50,647 nucleotides of DNA, from positions 1-50,647 of IMG/VR virus record IMGVR_UViG_3300036781_000493; one strand, written 5' to 3'. The translations under genes were made by a program, and so were the position numbers. The DNA is from a virus. Its lineage: Duplodnaviria > Caudoviricetes. The notes under the pieces were generated by a model. That model was not told the DNA's origin. It searched no databases and was given only the letters and a program-made list of their open reading frames with translations. This document shows positions 9,177 to 17,091 of the stretch, piece after piece (positions within the stretch are counted from its first letter, which is position 1; every line of letters begins with the position of its first letter).

Positions 9177-10040
9177 TCAAAAATCTACCTGATTTGGCCC
9201 AAATCTACCCGGTTTTTTAGAATTTTTTTCTACTTTCCCTTCCAATGCCTGAATCTCTTTCTCGACAACCGCGTCTCGAATCTGCCTGCGAAGCAAATGA
9301 AAATCCTCAAATACCAATTGCGGATTCTGCCTTACGGCAGCCTTGGCCTCCATGTAAGCAAGAGCCCAATTATTGGCCGTAGTCGTGTTAAGAAATCTGA
9401 ACAATAGACGATTGATCTTGATGAGTCGATTATCATCAGCGAATAGATTCCAAGCGGGTATTCCGTATCCCGCCAAGAACTCGGCTCTTTCGCGAATTTG
9501 ACTTTGACTCGAAACCGGATCAATATCAGCCCACCAATACTTCCCGAGGATCTGGGACTCGCTAAGATCAGACCTTTGAACCCTGGCCCGGATTGCAGTA
9601 GAGGCCTGGCTTTTAGTATCGAGTCTCGCAATGTATACTTCGCCCCAAACAAGTCTGCCGGTTGAATCCCTGGCATGGTGCTTAGACTTCGTAGAAAGTG
9701 AGCTAAGGCGTCTTCCTGACTCTTGAATCCCCCCACCGGTTTCGTCCTCCATGGATATTGATGGTAAAAATGGCAAAATGAAAGTCTTTGAGTGCATGTG
9801 ACCGATTCGACACAGCCTATCCCAAGCATGAATCGTTGCTGGGCGTGGCTGCGGAATCAACTCATCGCTAAAGAAGAACTGTCCGGGGTGTTCACCCAAA
9901 AAATTCCCAGGTTGATTCGTGATGTGCAAGCCAAAAGCAATGAGGGAAGTGCGCAGCTCTGGAGTCTCCCATCCCTGAATATATGATGACTCAGGGATAG
10001 GGAACCATTGGGAATTGAGATTATGGTAAAGAATCGACAT
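9177..10040 (-). CDS. hypothetical protein
   Basis: 287-aa ORF, TAATG coupling; contains WWADID. Confidence 0.8.
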   Translation of the reverse strand: MSILYHNLNSQWFPIPESSYIQGWETPELRTSLIAFGLHITNQPGNFLGEHPGQFFFSDELIPQPRPATIHAWDRLCRIGHMHSKTFILPFLPSISMEDETGGGIQESGRRLSSLSTKSKHHARDSTGRLVWGEVYIARLDTKSQASTAIRARVQRSDLSESQILGKYWWADIDPVSSQSQIRERAEFLAGYGIPAWNLFADDNRLIKINRLLFRFLNTTTANNWALAYMEAKAAVRQNPQLVFEDFHLLRRQIRDAVVEKEIQALEGKVEKNSKKPGRFGPNQVDF

Positions 10041-10342
10041 TATTCAGCTTTCATGAAATTGACTTCAAAGTTAGACTCAGTATATACATTGAGCACAGGC
10101 TTCCCCCATCTGTACTCTTGCACAATCCAGTCTCCGACTGTGAGATGAAGATTCCGAAAACGATCGAGTCTGAATTGCTTAGTTGCGTTGTTATACTCGA
10201 TCTGTCCTTCCGCTAAGGCCACAATAAACCATTTGGGCCACGCTTGAGTCAAATCACCACCGTCTCCAGTGAATCTGATGGCCTCAACCAGATCGCCATC
10301 TAAGTCACGGTACGAAAACTGATTAATGGTAGGTTTCTGCAT
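10040..10342 (-). CDS. hypothetical protein, PGDYG-like
   Basis: VEAIRF...VGDWIV...F-x3-F pattern typical of this small phage family. Confidence 0.7.
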   Translation of the reverse strand: MQKPTINQFSYRDLDGDLVEAIRFTGDGGDLTQAWPKWFIVALAEGQIEYNNATKQFRLDRFRNLHLTVGDWIVQEYRWGKPVLNVYTESNFEVNFMKAE

Positions 10343-10380
10343 TTTGAATCGCCTCCGCTAAGTTTTTTTCGGTCCAAGCT

Positions 10381-10668
10381 TTACGGTCTGCCTGTTGGGT
10401 TGCGCATGATGCTAACAAAAGAGTCAGCAAAAGGATCAGGTTTGCCATGAAGGTTGTCATGAATGATGATTCCATCAAGTCGATGAAGATTGATATAATC
10501 GGAAAGGCCGAGTGCATTAACCCGCCCGAACCATTTTCTCTCTTCGGATATGGCTGACTTGAGTCTAGCCACTTCACTCTCATTAAAAGATGCTTGCACG
10601 TAACAGAATCCGTCGTCTGTTTCATCCTTTACTGAGTAACGAAACGTTACAGTGATCAGCTCAGTCAT
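10381..10668 (-). CDS. hypothetical protein
   Basis: 95-aa ORF, GGGAG RBS. Confidence 0.65.
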   Translation of the reverse strand: MTELITVTFRYSVKDETDDGFCYVQASFNESEVARLKSAISEERKWFGRVNALGLSDYINLHRLDGIIIHDNLHGKPDPFADSFVSIMRNPTGRP

Positions 10669-10793
10669 TTATAACTCCCAGTCGTTGCAATCATAAAGAA
10701 AAGAAGACTCACCAATGAGCAGGCAGCCCAATAGTCCCACCCAAAAGTATGATAGTGATGCATAGAGACTATTGGACTCACCCAGGGCATCAT
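10665..10793 (-). CDS. small membrane peptide (42 aa)
   Basis: Manual translation MMPWVSPIVSMHHYHTFGWDYWAACSLVSLLFFMIATTGSYK; ATGA overlaps at both ends. Confidence 0.5.
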   Translation of the reverse strand: MMPWVSPIVSMHHYHTFGWDYWAACSLVSLLFFMIATTGSYK

Positions 10794-10990
10794 TTCACAG
10801 TGACTCCATCTTGATACGCACGGCGTTTGATCTCATTGATTTTTTCAAGAAAGTACTCGCCGTCTCGCTCAGCGGAGTTACGCACGAGTCTATTTGTGCG
10901 AAGCAATCCGCGCCAATGATCAAGTGTCTCTTGAAGATTCCGCTCATAGATTTTCGGATTCTCTATCATTCCATGAATCTCCTCTCGCAT
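10790..10990 (-). CDS. hypothetical protein
   Basis: 66-aa ORF in a tightly packed chain. Confidence 0.55.
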   Translation of the reverse strand: MREEIHGMIENPKIYERNLQETLDHWRGLLRTNRLVRNSAERDGEYFLEKINEIKRRAYQDGVTVK

Positions 10991-11388
10991 GGCCCGTCAC
11001 AATGCAGCCAAAGGGCTTTCTTCTCACCAACGATTCGACCATGCCACTTGCCGCTACACTCACAGCATTGAACGGCAGCGCGTTTGAGTTTTTCGCTGAG
11101 CATTTTCTTCTTGAAAAGCTCAATCTGTCGAATCACTTTCTCAAACGCATACTCCTCGACGGCTTCCTCAAGAGGAACGATTCGGCCCGAGGAGTCAAGA
11201 TCAGTGACTGGAATACGGTCCGTCGTTGTCGCCGATAATTGACGGAGACTTTTCATTGCGGGCTGAATCGGCAACCGCCTCTTCTCCACTTGACTGTCCT
11301 TGTGTTTCTGCCACCTCTCTGAAGCTTGATCCTGCTCCTTCTGAGTCTTCGAAGTTTGCTGCCGCCTGAATTTGTTTTGCCAGCCCAT
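10966..11388 (-). CDS. zinc-ribbon-like protein (true start probably below 11200)
   Basis: C-terminal CCEC...HCDGPC; the N-terminal half overlaps the 11201..12400 gene. Confidence 0.5.
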   Translation of the reverse strand: MGWQNKFRRQQTSKTQKEQDQASERWQKHKDSQVEKRRLPIQPAMKSLRQLSATTTDRIPVTDLDSSGRIVPLEEAVEEYAFEKVIRQIELFKKKMLSEKLKRAAVQCCECSGKWHGRIVGEKKALWLHCDGPCERRFME

Positions 11389-12400
11389 CTTTCATATCCT
11401 GAATCCGCTCACGAAACAATGACGTGAGGCTTTTGTCGTTAGAAGTGTTCTCATGCAGAAATGACATGAGAGTCGAGAACAGTTCGTTTGGAAGAGTCTG
11501 CAAGCGATCGTCAAGGGCGAGAATAATTTTCTTCGCCACATCGTCAATGTCAGACTCAAATGAAATTTGAATCGCTTTACGATGGATTTGCATATCTTCT
11601 TTCGAAAATACTCGATAGCCATGCTTATGCATGAATACTTTCATATCATCGAAGCTATCGAGTGTTCGAATCGCATGCCACTGCTCACCATTGAATCGCG
11701 TGTCGACCACAGGCGCGGGAGTGTCATCAACCGTACTGATACCTGCACTGATATCCTGATTATTCTCCTTGTGTATTTGAGTCAAAATCTCATTCATTTG
11801 CAGATTCTGGCCTCGAACTCGGTCCATGTCGTTCTGATCGAGTGGGATGAAAACATCAGAAGTAAGCGATAACGGTGCAGGCGTTGGAATCCCACCAGGT
11901 GCACCAATTACGTGGGTATGATCTAGTGCCCGATCGAATGGTTTCAGGTCGGCTGCAGTCGGCACTGGATTCAGTAAATGAGGAGCGATTGAGACAGTGT
12001 TCGGGTCGAAAGGCTGAATCGGTTTCTGGATTGCCTTGATTCGTCCATTCTCAATTAGCACTTGAAGCCCAGGCCCTGTTGAGTGCATGCACCCATACTC
12101 ATAACCAGGAATCCAAGTGTAAGTAGCCTCGAATCCCAGACGAGTAAATTTCAACGGCAAATTGAAACGCGGCCCCATCACATAAAAATAACCTTCTTCG
12201 AGCAAGACTCGATACTTAAGACTCTGTTCATTAACTGGTGTCAACCAGTCAGAGTCGCTTTCAAGTCTCATGTCTCGAATCCATGCAGGTTGCATGTGAT
12301 ATGGAGTGTTCATCGAGTGGGTATAGAAGGCAATGATCGAGTGATCATGGTTGGCACGTGCGAATCCGCAATTCTCGGTAATATGTTCAGGCATTTTCAT
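11201..12400 (-). CDS. hypothetical protein
   Basis: 399-aa ORF, ATGA overlap, GGAG RBS. Confidence 0.8.
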   Translation of the reverse strand: MKMPEHITENCGFARANHDHSIIAFYTHSMNTPYHMQPAWIRDMRLESDSDWLTPVNEQSLKYRVLLEEGYFYVMGPRFNLPLKFTRLGFEATYTWIPGYEYGCMHSTGPGLQVLIENGRIKAIQKPIQPFDPNTVSIAPHLLNPVPTAADLKPFDRALDHTHVIGAPGGIPTPAPLSLTSDVFIPLDQNDMDRVRGQNLQMNEILTQIHKENNQDISAGISTVDDTPAPVVDTRFNGEQWHAIRTLDSFDDMKVFMHKHGYRVFSKEDMQIHRKAIQISFESDIDDVAKKIILALDDRLQTLPNELFSTLMSFLHENTSNDKSLTSLFRERIQDMKDGLAKQIQAAANFEDSEGAGSSFREVAETQGQSSGEEAVADSARNEKSPSIIGDNDGPYSSH

Positions 12401-12759
12401 TCTCCAGCTTTAAGTTCAAGGGCCGTCGACTCATCGAACTCGCGAATCACTCTTTTAATCATCGAGCGGAGCAACTCAGCTCTTGTGATCTGCTTTTCCT
12501 TCGCGATTTCGATCAATCGATCTCGATCTGATTCAATAACATGCACACCGATCTCACAGTTGAAAGGGGCGTGCGGAGCATAAATGTCAAGGGCAATTAA
12601 CTTTGCACGAATCGAATGTTGAGAACGCTTTAGGATAATTGCCATTGACTGAGTCATCAGCCCGTCTGCATGCATTTCACGCAAGTGGCGAAGCTCGGAC
12701 TGCTTCCATCCCATGTGCAGCTTGGAATTGTCGATAATGATTCTGGCTGGTTTGGACAT
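12397..12759 (-). CDS. DNA-binding protein: divergent GcrA/Myb-like HTH plus ribbon-helix-helix
   Basis: WKQSELRHLREMHADGL...LKRSQHSIRAKL followed by IGVHVIESDRDRLIEIAKEKQITRAELLRSMI. Confidence 0.7.
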   Translation of the reverse strand: MSKPARIIIDNSKLHMGWKQSELRHLREMHADGLMTQSMAIILKRSQHSIRAKLIALDIYAPHAPFNCEIGVHVIESDRDRLIEIAKEKQITRAELLRSMIKRVIREFDESTALELKAGE

Positions 12760-12770
12760 TTGATGACTCC

Positions 12771-13121
12771 CTAATCAACATCAGCGCCGGAACGAAGAAC
12801 GTCTTCAATTGCCGTTTTCCTTTCTTCATTCTCTCTGCTTTCAATCGCATATGTGATACTCATTCGAATCACCTCTGAGATCGAAACTCTCAGACTTTTA
12901 GTTCTTTCAAACAAATAATCATACTGTTCAACCGAGAGAGTGACATTAACTTTCGAATGAATCTGCTTATCTTTCGATTTAGTGATTCCAAGTTCGGTTA
13001 ATTTGCCGGTAACAGACCATCGAGTCCGATTAAGACGATCTGCGATGTAAAGTGGATTGTGACCAGCCCGAAACAATCGAGTCAAAGCATCAATCTCATC
13101 TTGACTCCAGTTCTTTTGCAT
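12771..13121 (-). CDS. DNA-binding protein: GcrA-like N-terminal HTH plus ribbon-helix-helix
   Basis: WSQDEIDALTRLFRAG...IADRLNRTRWSVTGKLTELGI resembles the GcrA N-domain; VNVTLSVEQYDYL...VSISEVIRMSI is CopG-like; start moved to MQKN (GGAG RBS). Confidence 0.75.
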   Translation of the reverse strand: MQKNWSQDEIDALTRLFRAGHNPLYIADRLNRTRWSVTGKLTELGITKSKDKQIHSKVNVTLSVEQYDYLFERTKSLRVSISEVIRMSITYAIESRENEERKTAIEDVLRSGADVD

Positions 13122-13153
13122 TTGACTCTCCAATTTTTTCATTTATTCCCACA

Positions 13154-13181
13154 ATTTTAAACTATTTCTTTGCGAAGTCAA
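13154..13181 (-). promoter_or_regulatory. sigma70-type promoter for the leftward arm
   Basis: Minus strand TTGACT-N16-TAAAAT. Confidence 0.5.
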
Positions 13182-13730
13182 CATGCAATTTTTCATTTCA
13201 ACTTGACTCACTCGATCATTCACACTCGATTCAAACCATTCACCCACATTTATCCCCATCTATTCCCATTTTTGATCGAGTGCAACTCTTAATCGAGTCA
13301 TCAAGTGGTGCAAAGTCGGGGCAAATGAGGATACCCAAGTTCAGATCGAGTGAGAGTCAATGATGATTGAGTGTAATCGAGTCGTAGGAATTAATAATCG
13401 AGCAATAGAGTCATTAGGGAAGTGATTTCCGTACGTGAGTATGTATAAAATAATGTCCCCATTTTTATTATTATAAAGACTTGATTTTATCCTGTATTAA
13501 AAGAATAATTATGAGGACATGTGCTGGCCTCACGCGGGCGCGCGTTGACGTGCAGGTCAATTGGAGTCGTCACCGAATTGCGAGAAATAGGAGGGCATAC
13601 AGAGCGTGAGAGGATCGGGATGGACGATTGGACGGAAAACCCGAGAAAACGCGCCAGCGAGCCGCTGTGAGGCAGGAAATGATGGTTTGAGCGAATACCG
13701 CCCATACGCGGGCGCGGGCACGCATCTATA

Positions 13731-14429
13731 ATGAACAATCCTAGGAGATTTTCCGAAATGGTTAGAGTCAGAATGAACCAAACACGCATTACTGAGCAAC
13801 TTGAAGACATGGAGCGATTGCTCTTAATGCCTATGAGTCAAGCAAGTGAACGAATTCATGGATATCTTCCAGCCCCTAAATTAACCATGGACTGGGCAAC
13901 TCGATTCTTGCATCGAATCACACAATACGGAAATTACATGGAGAAAGAGCATCGATCTGGATCATTCGAGACTCGATGGGTAGCCATGTGGGAAACACTG
14001 AAAAAAAGAGAAGCAGCAAAATCAAATGATATAGTTTTTGATTCTGAGGAATTTAGGAATCGAGTCGACAAAGTTGCACTTGTCGGGGAAACCTCAGCGA
14101 CTAGACCGTTTCATGTATTGAAAAGACTCGCTTTAGATAAAGACATTCCACTTGTTGAGTTTGCCTATTCAGCATATCAATGGAGCGAATTCAGGTCGGA
14201 TGGGAGAAAATGGAATCGTCATCAACAAGAACTAGACAGAAATAGAAATAACTGCATTGACTCGATAGCTAAACTTAAACTCAAAATAGAAAAAGCAGAA
14301 TTAGAAATCAAACCACTTAGAGACAGACTAGCCAGTTATGAGGCAGACCTTGCAGGATTCGATGAACCAACTGACGATGAAATCATAACCCAAGATGAGA
14401 CGGAAAACTTTGAACAGAGTCGGGATTGA
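13731..14429 (+). CDS. hypothetical protein with C-terminal coiled coil (start uncertain)
   Basis: 232-aa ORF, first gene of the rightward arm. Confidence 0.7.
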   Translation: MNNPRRFSEMVRVRMNQTRITEQLEDMERLLLMPMSQASERIHGYLPAPKLTMDWATRFLHRITQYGNYMEKEHRSGSFETRWVAMWETLKKREAAKSNDIVFDSEEFRNRVDKVALVGETSATRPFHVLKRLALDKDIPLVEFAYSAYQWSEFRSDGRKWNRHQQELDRNRNNCIDSIAKLKLKIEKAELEIKPLRDRLASYEADLAGFDEPTDDEIITQDETENFEQSRD

Positions 14430-14592
14430 ATTGGGTGGGCCCCCGGCCGACCGCGCACGCGAGTCATGCGCACATGAGGCAGGCAGGCATACGTGGGCGT
14501 GTTCGATCTACCCGGCAAATCACTCGATCAAAACTTGCACTCGAACGATTTTGGGAAATCGACCGACAAGCGATTTATTTTTAGGCAAGGGG

Positions 14593-14622
14593 TTTACAAT
14601 CGAGTGGAATGGTTCATAGTAG
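14593..14622 (+). promoter_or_regulatory. possible sigma70 promoter with ATCGAGTG in the spacer
   Basis: TTTACA followed 16-18 nt later by CATAGT/TAGTAG; T-rich upstream tract. Confidence 0.4.
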
Positions 14623-14693
14623 TTTCAGTCAACCGGCAATTCCGCCACGTTGATTGAGCAGTGACTCAACAAAACTGGAAAGGCTAGACTCAA

Positions 14694-15692
14694 ATGGCAA
14701 ACGAAAACGCAAAGACGGCTGCAGTTGCAGCAAAGGCAACTGACTCGGCAGCAACCGGCACGACCACGGCAGCAGGTGCTGCTACTCCGGTTGTGGAGTC
14801 CAATCCGAATGCGGCTATCGTTCCGTTGACGGATAAGGACAAAATCAAGTCCATCAAAGCGGCGCTTGGAAGTGACCGCGTTTCGTTCACGACTCAGACG
14901 ATCAAGGACGCCAACGGCAAGGATGTCGTTTCGACGGCATTTGAGCAGGCGGAAGCCAAACTCTTTGAGGCCGCTGGCAAGACGAATTCCTTCCATGGAC
15001 TCGAGGTCATCGCACGTGATGGCATCGAAACGGCCGACCGGATCGTTGTCGCAACCGTCGGCGTTCGCATCAAGGCAGTTGGCGACTCGCCCGCAGTCAA
15101 CGGTTACAAGGCAATCGTGGCTTTCAGCCAGCCCACGGTCGAGGAATTCTTGCAGTCGCTGGAAGAATCGGCAATGGACTTCGTTCGCAAGCTGATCGAA
15201 CGTGAAGCGACGGACGTACAGTTCTCGCAGATTCGTCAGGCCGAAACGATTGCACAGTTGCAGCAAGCCGTTGAAGGCGTTCCTCAGGATGTCAGCGGCA
15301 TCGTCGTTACCAGTCGTGAGACTGGCAACGGACTCGATACGGATGTATTCGATACCATGTGGTCGCCCTTCCGCATCGGCTGGCTGAAAGAGAAGGCTCC
15401 CGCTCTTGTCGAGTTGCTGCCTCAGAAGCCGGAAGTCATCAAGGCGATTCGTTCAAAGGCATATGCCCTTGCCAATCCGAAGACGGCAGCAATCGAGGAA
15501 CGCGACTTCTTCGTTCGTATCGCCAACGCCATGATCGCGCTTGCTCCGAACTTCAAGGACAAAGACGGCAAGGATGCGCCTCAGGATACGTCAGTTATCG
15601 AATCGTGGCTTGCAGAGCGCGACACGCTGGCACTGAATTACAAGGCCGAGATTGTTCCGGATGCCAGCAAGCTGGCCGGGCTGGACTTCTAA
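14694..15692 (+). CDS. hypothetical protein, probably highly expressed
   Basis: 332 aa, GC-ending codon bias, Ala/Thr-rich N-terminus, own promoter and terminator. Confidence 0.85.
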   Translation: MANENAKTAAVAAKATDSAATGTTTAAGAATPVVESNPNAAIVPLTDKDKIKSIKAALGSDRVSFTTQTIKDANGKDVVSTAFEQAEAKLFEAAGKTNSFHGLEVIARDGIETADRIVVATVGVRIKAVGDSPAVNGYKAIVAFSQPTVEEFLQSLEESAMDFVRKLIEREATDVQFSQIRQAETIAQLQQAVEGVPQDVSGIVVTSRETGNGLDTDVFDTMWSPFRIGWLKEKAPALVELLPQKPEVIKAIRSKAYALANPKTAAIEERDFFVRIANAMIALAPNFKDKDGKDAPQDTSVIESWLAERDTLALNYKAEIVPDASKLAGLDF

Positions 15693-15777
15693 GCCACTCG
15701 ATCATTCAATAGTCGCCAATCAACTCAACTCACTCGATTGGCGACTACCAGCATAAACAACCTACCCAAACTAATGA

Positions 15778-15807
15778 CTCGACTATCACTCGATAGCCGA
15801 GTTTTTT
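15778..15807 (+). terminator. Rho-independent terminator
   Basis: CTCGACTATC-actc-GATAGCCGAG followed by TTTTTT. Confidence 0.7.
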
Positions 15808-15968
15808 CGTTTTAATAGATGCTATGCATTGTTCGATGGCTGTTGACAGTGAGTCGATATTGTTCACGTGAACAAAACGGGAAACTCGCGGCAGCACAGG
15901 CAGATGGGGAATGCATGCGGCAAAGTCGAACCCGCGCCAGTGACGCGCTATGAGTCAAATAGAGCCTA

Positions 15969-15997
15969 TTGCTATTGAGTCGTTAAAATGTTAGATT
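15969..15997 (+). promoter_or_regulatory. sigma70 promoter with TGAGTCG (GANTC) in the spacer
   Basis: TTGCTA-N17-TAGATT upstream of gene 16064. Confidence 0.6.
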
Positions 15998-16063
15998 TGG
16001 GAAGACAGCAATAGGGCTGTTTCACTCGATCACTCGATCACTCGATCAAAAGGACTCAATCTA

Positions 16064-16750
16064 ATGTTCACTCACTCGCTGGTTTCTCACTCGATCAATA
16101 CCGTTAAGTCTCAGGTCGCACAGATGTTTAACGTTTCGACTCGCAAGCATGGTGGACTACGGTTCTTTAAGCTCGGCAGGATCAATATCAGTGTGTCAGT
16201 GTCGAGGGCCGCCAAGTCACTCGATATAGAGTCAAACACACTCGATAGCCGCTATCACTCGATCAACACCTCTCTGGCGCAGTCCACATTCATGCCAAGC
16301 GACTCGATCCTCGATTTCAATGGTGAAACGCCCGTCTTTGACTCGTTTACCATTGATGAAATGGCTCGCCGCAACGCAGTTGCACGGCACTATGCTCAAG
16401 TGCCCCTCGAACTGGTCGACACTGACTCAGACTATCGAAACCTGATTGACTCACTAGCAAACCACGACTTCGGTCCTGTTGAGCCACTCGATCCTATCTC
16501 ACTCGATCACGTAACGGCATCGACTCGATTGCCACCTGCCCAAATCCCTCTTCCGCGCACCTGCTTTGACTCCCTCGACCCCTACGATTACGCAGCTGTT
16601 GATCATGGATTCGAACGGTATGTTGATCGGAGCGAAGAGTTCAATAATAAAGGGGGAAAATGGCTTGGCTTGCTCATATTGATTCTCATTCCCATTTGCA
16701 TGCTTATTGGGATTCAATTGGGCGTGCTTTTGTTCAATTGGATTGGGTAA
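16064..16750 (+). CDS. hypothetical protein with C-terminal transmembrane anchor
   Basis: AAGGA RBS; C-terminal WLGLLILILIPICMLIGIQLGVLLF; coding sequence loaded with CACTCGAT and GACTC. Confidence 0.65.
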   Translation: MFTHSLVSHSINTVKSQVAQMFNVSTRKHGGLRFFKLGRINISVSVSRAAKSLDIESNTLDSRYHSINTSLAQSTFMPSDSILDFNGETPVFDSFTIDEMARRNAVARHYAQVPLELVDTDSDYRNLIDSLANHDFGPVEPLDPISLDHVTASTRLPPAQIPLPRTCFDSLDPYDYAAVDHGFERYVDRSEEFNNKGGKWLGLLILILIPICMLIGIQLGVLLFNWIG

Positions 16751-17091
16751 AACCTTGAGCCGCCAACCTATTCGGCCTATGACTCATGCAAATGATAGGC
16801 CGAATACTCTTCCTGCCTACCACAACCTGACCTTGAATCCTTAATACTCTACTTAATGACTCAACATTCGCTCGCTTCGCTCGTCTTAAATGGAACTCAC
16901 TCCGTTCGTGTTTGTTGTTCGTCTTCGACTCACGACGCAGCTTATGCTACGCAAGCGCTGCTTTTCTCGAACCGGGGGGTATAAGCCCCCCATTCCCGCG
17001 GCGGATTCCGCGCAATAATATAGCTCTCTAACCAAACGACTTGTGCACAGTCGGGCCAACCGCCCAGGAATCAGGAAGTCAGGAGATAAAG

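Larger units (their letters stand above)
13209..16507. repeat. dispersed CACTCGAT octamer array (18 copies counted; tandem triplet at 16023-16046)
   Basis: Copies at 13209, 13223, 13275rc, 13345rc, 14521, 14599rc, 15695, 15731, 15787, 16023, 16031, 16039, 16088, 16218, 16239, 16256, 16485, 16500. Confidence 0.85.

Noticed and set aside
15831-15845. Alphaproteobacterial LexA box (GTTC-N7-GTTC)
   Set aside because: Second half-site is GTTG; single imperfect match
16023-16046. CRISPR-like array
   Set aside because: Repeats are 8 bp with no regular spacers; the Cas4-like nuclease is a common solo phage exonuclease
16841-16856. Second CtrA box TTAA-N8-TTAA
   Set aside because: Spacer is 8 nt rather than 7
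13143-17091. tRNA genes or an integration site in the non-coding gaps
   Set aside because: No cloverleaf with T-loop and acceptor stem recognised, and no integrase present
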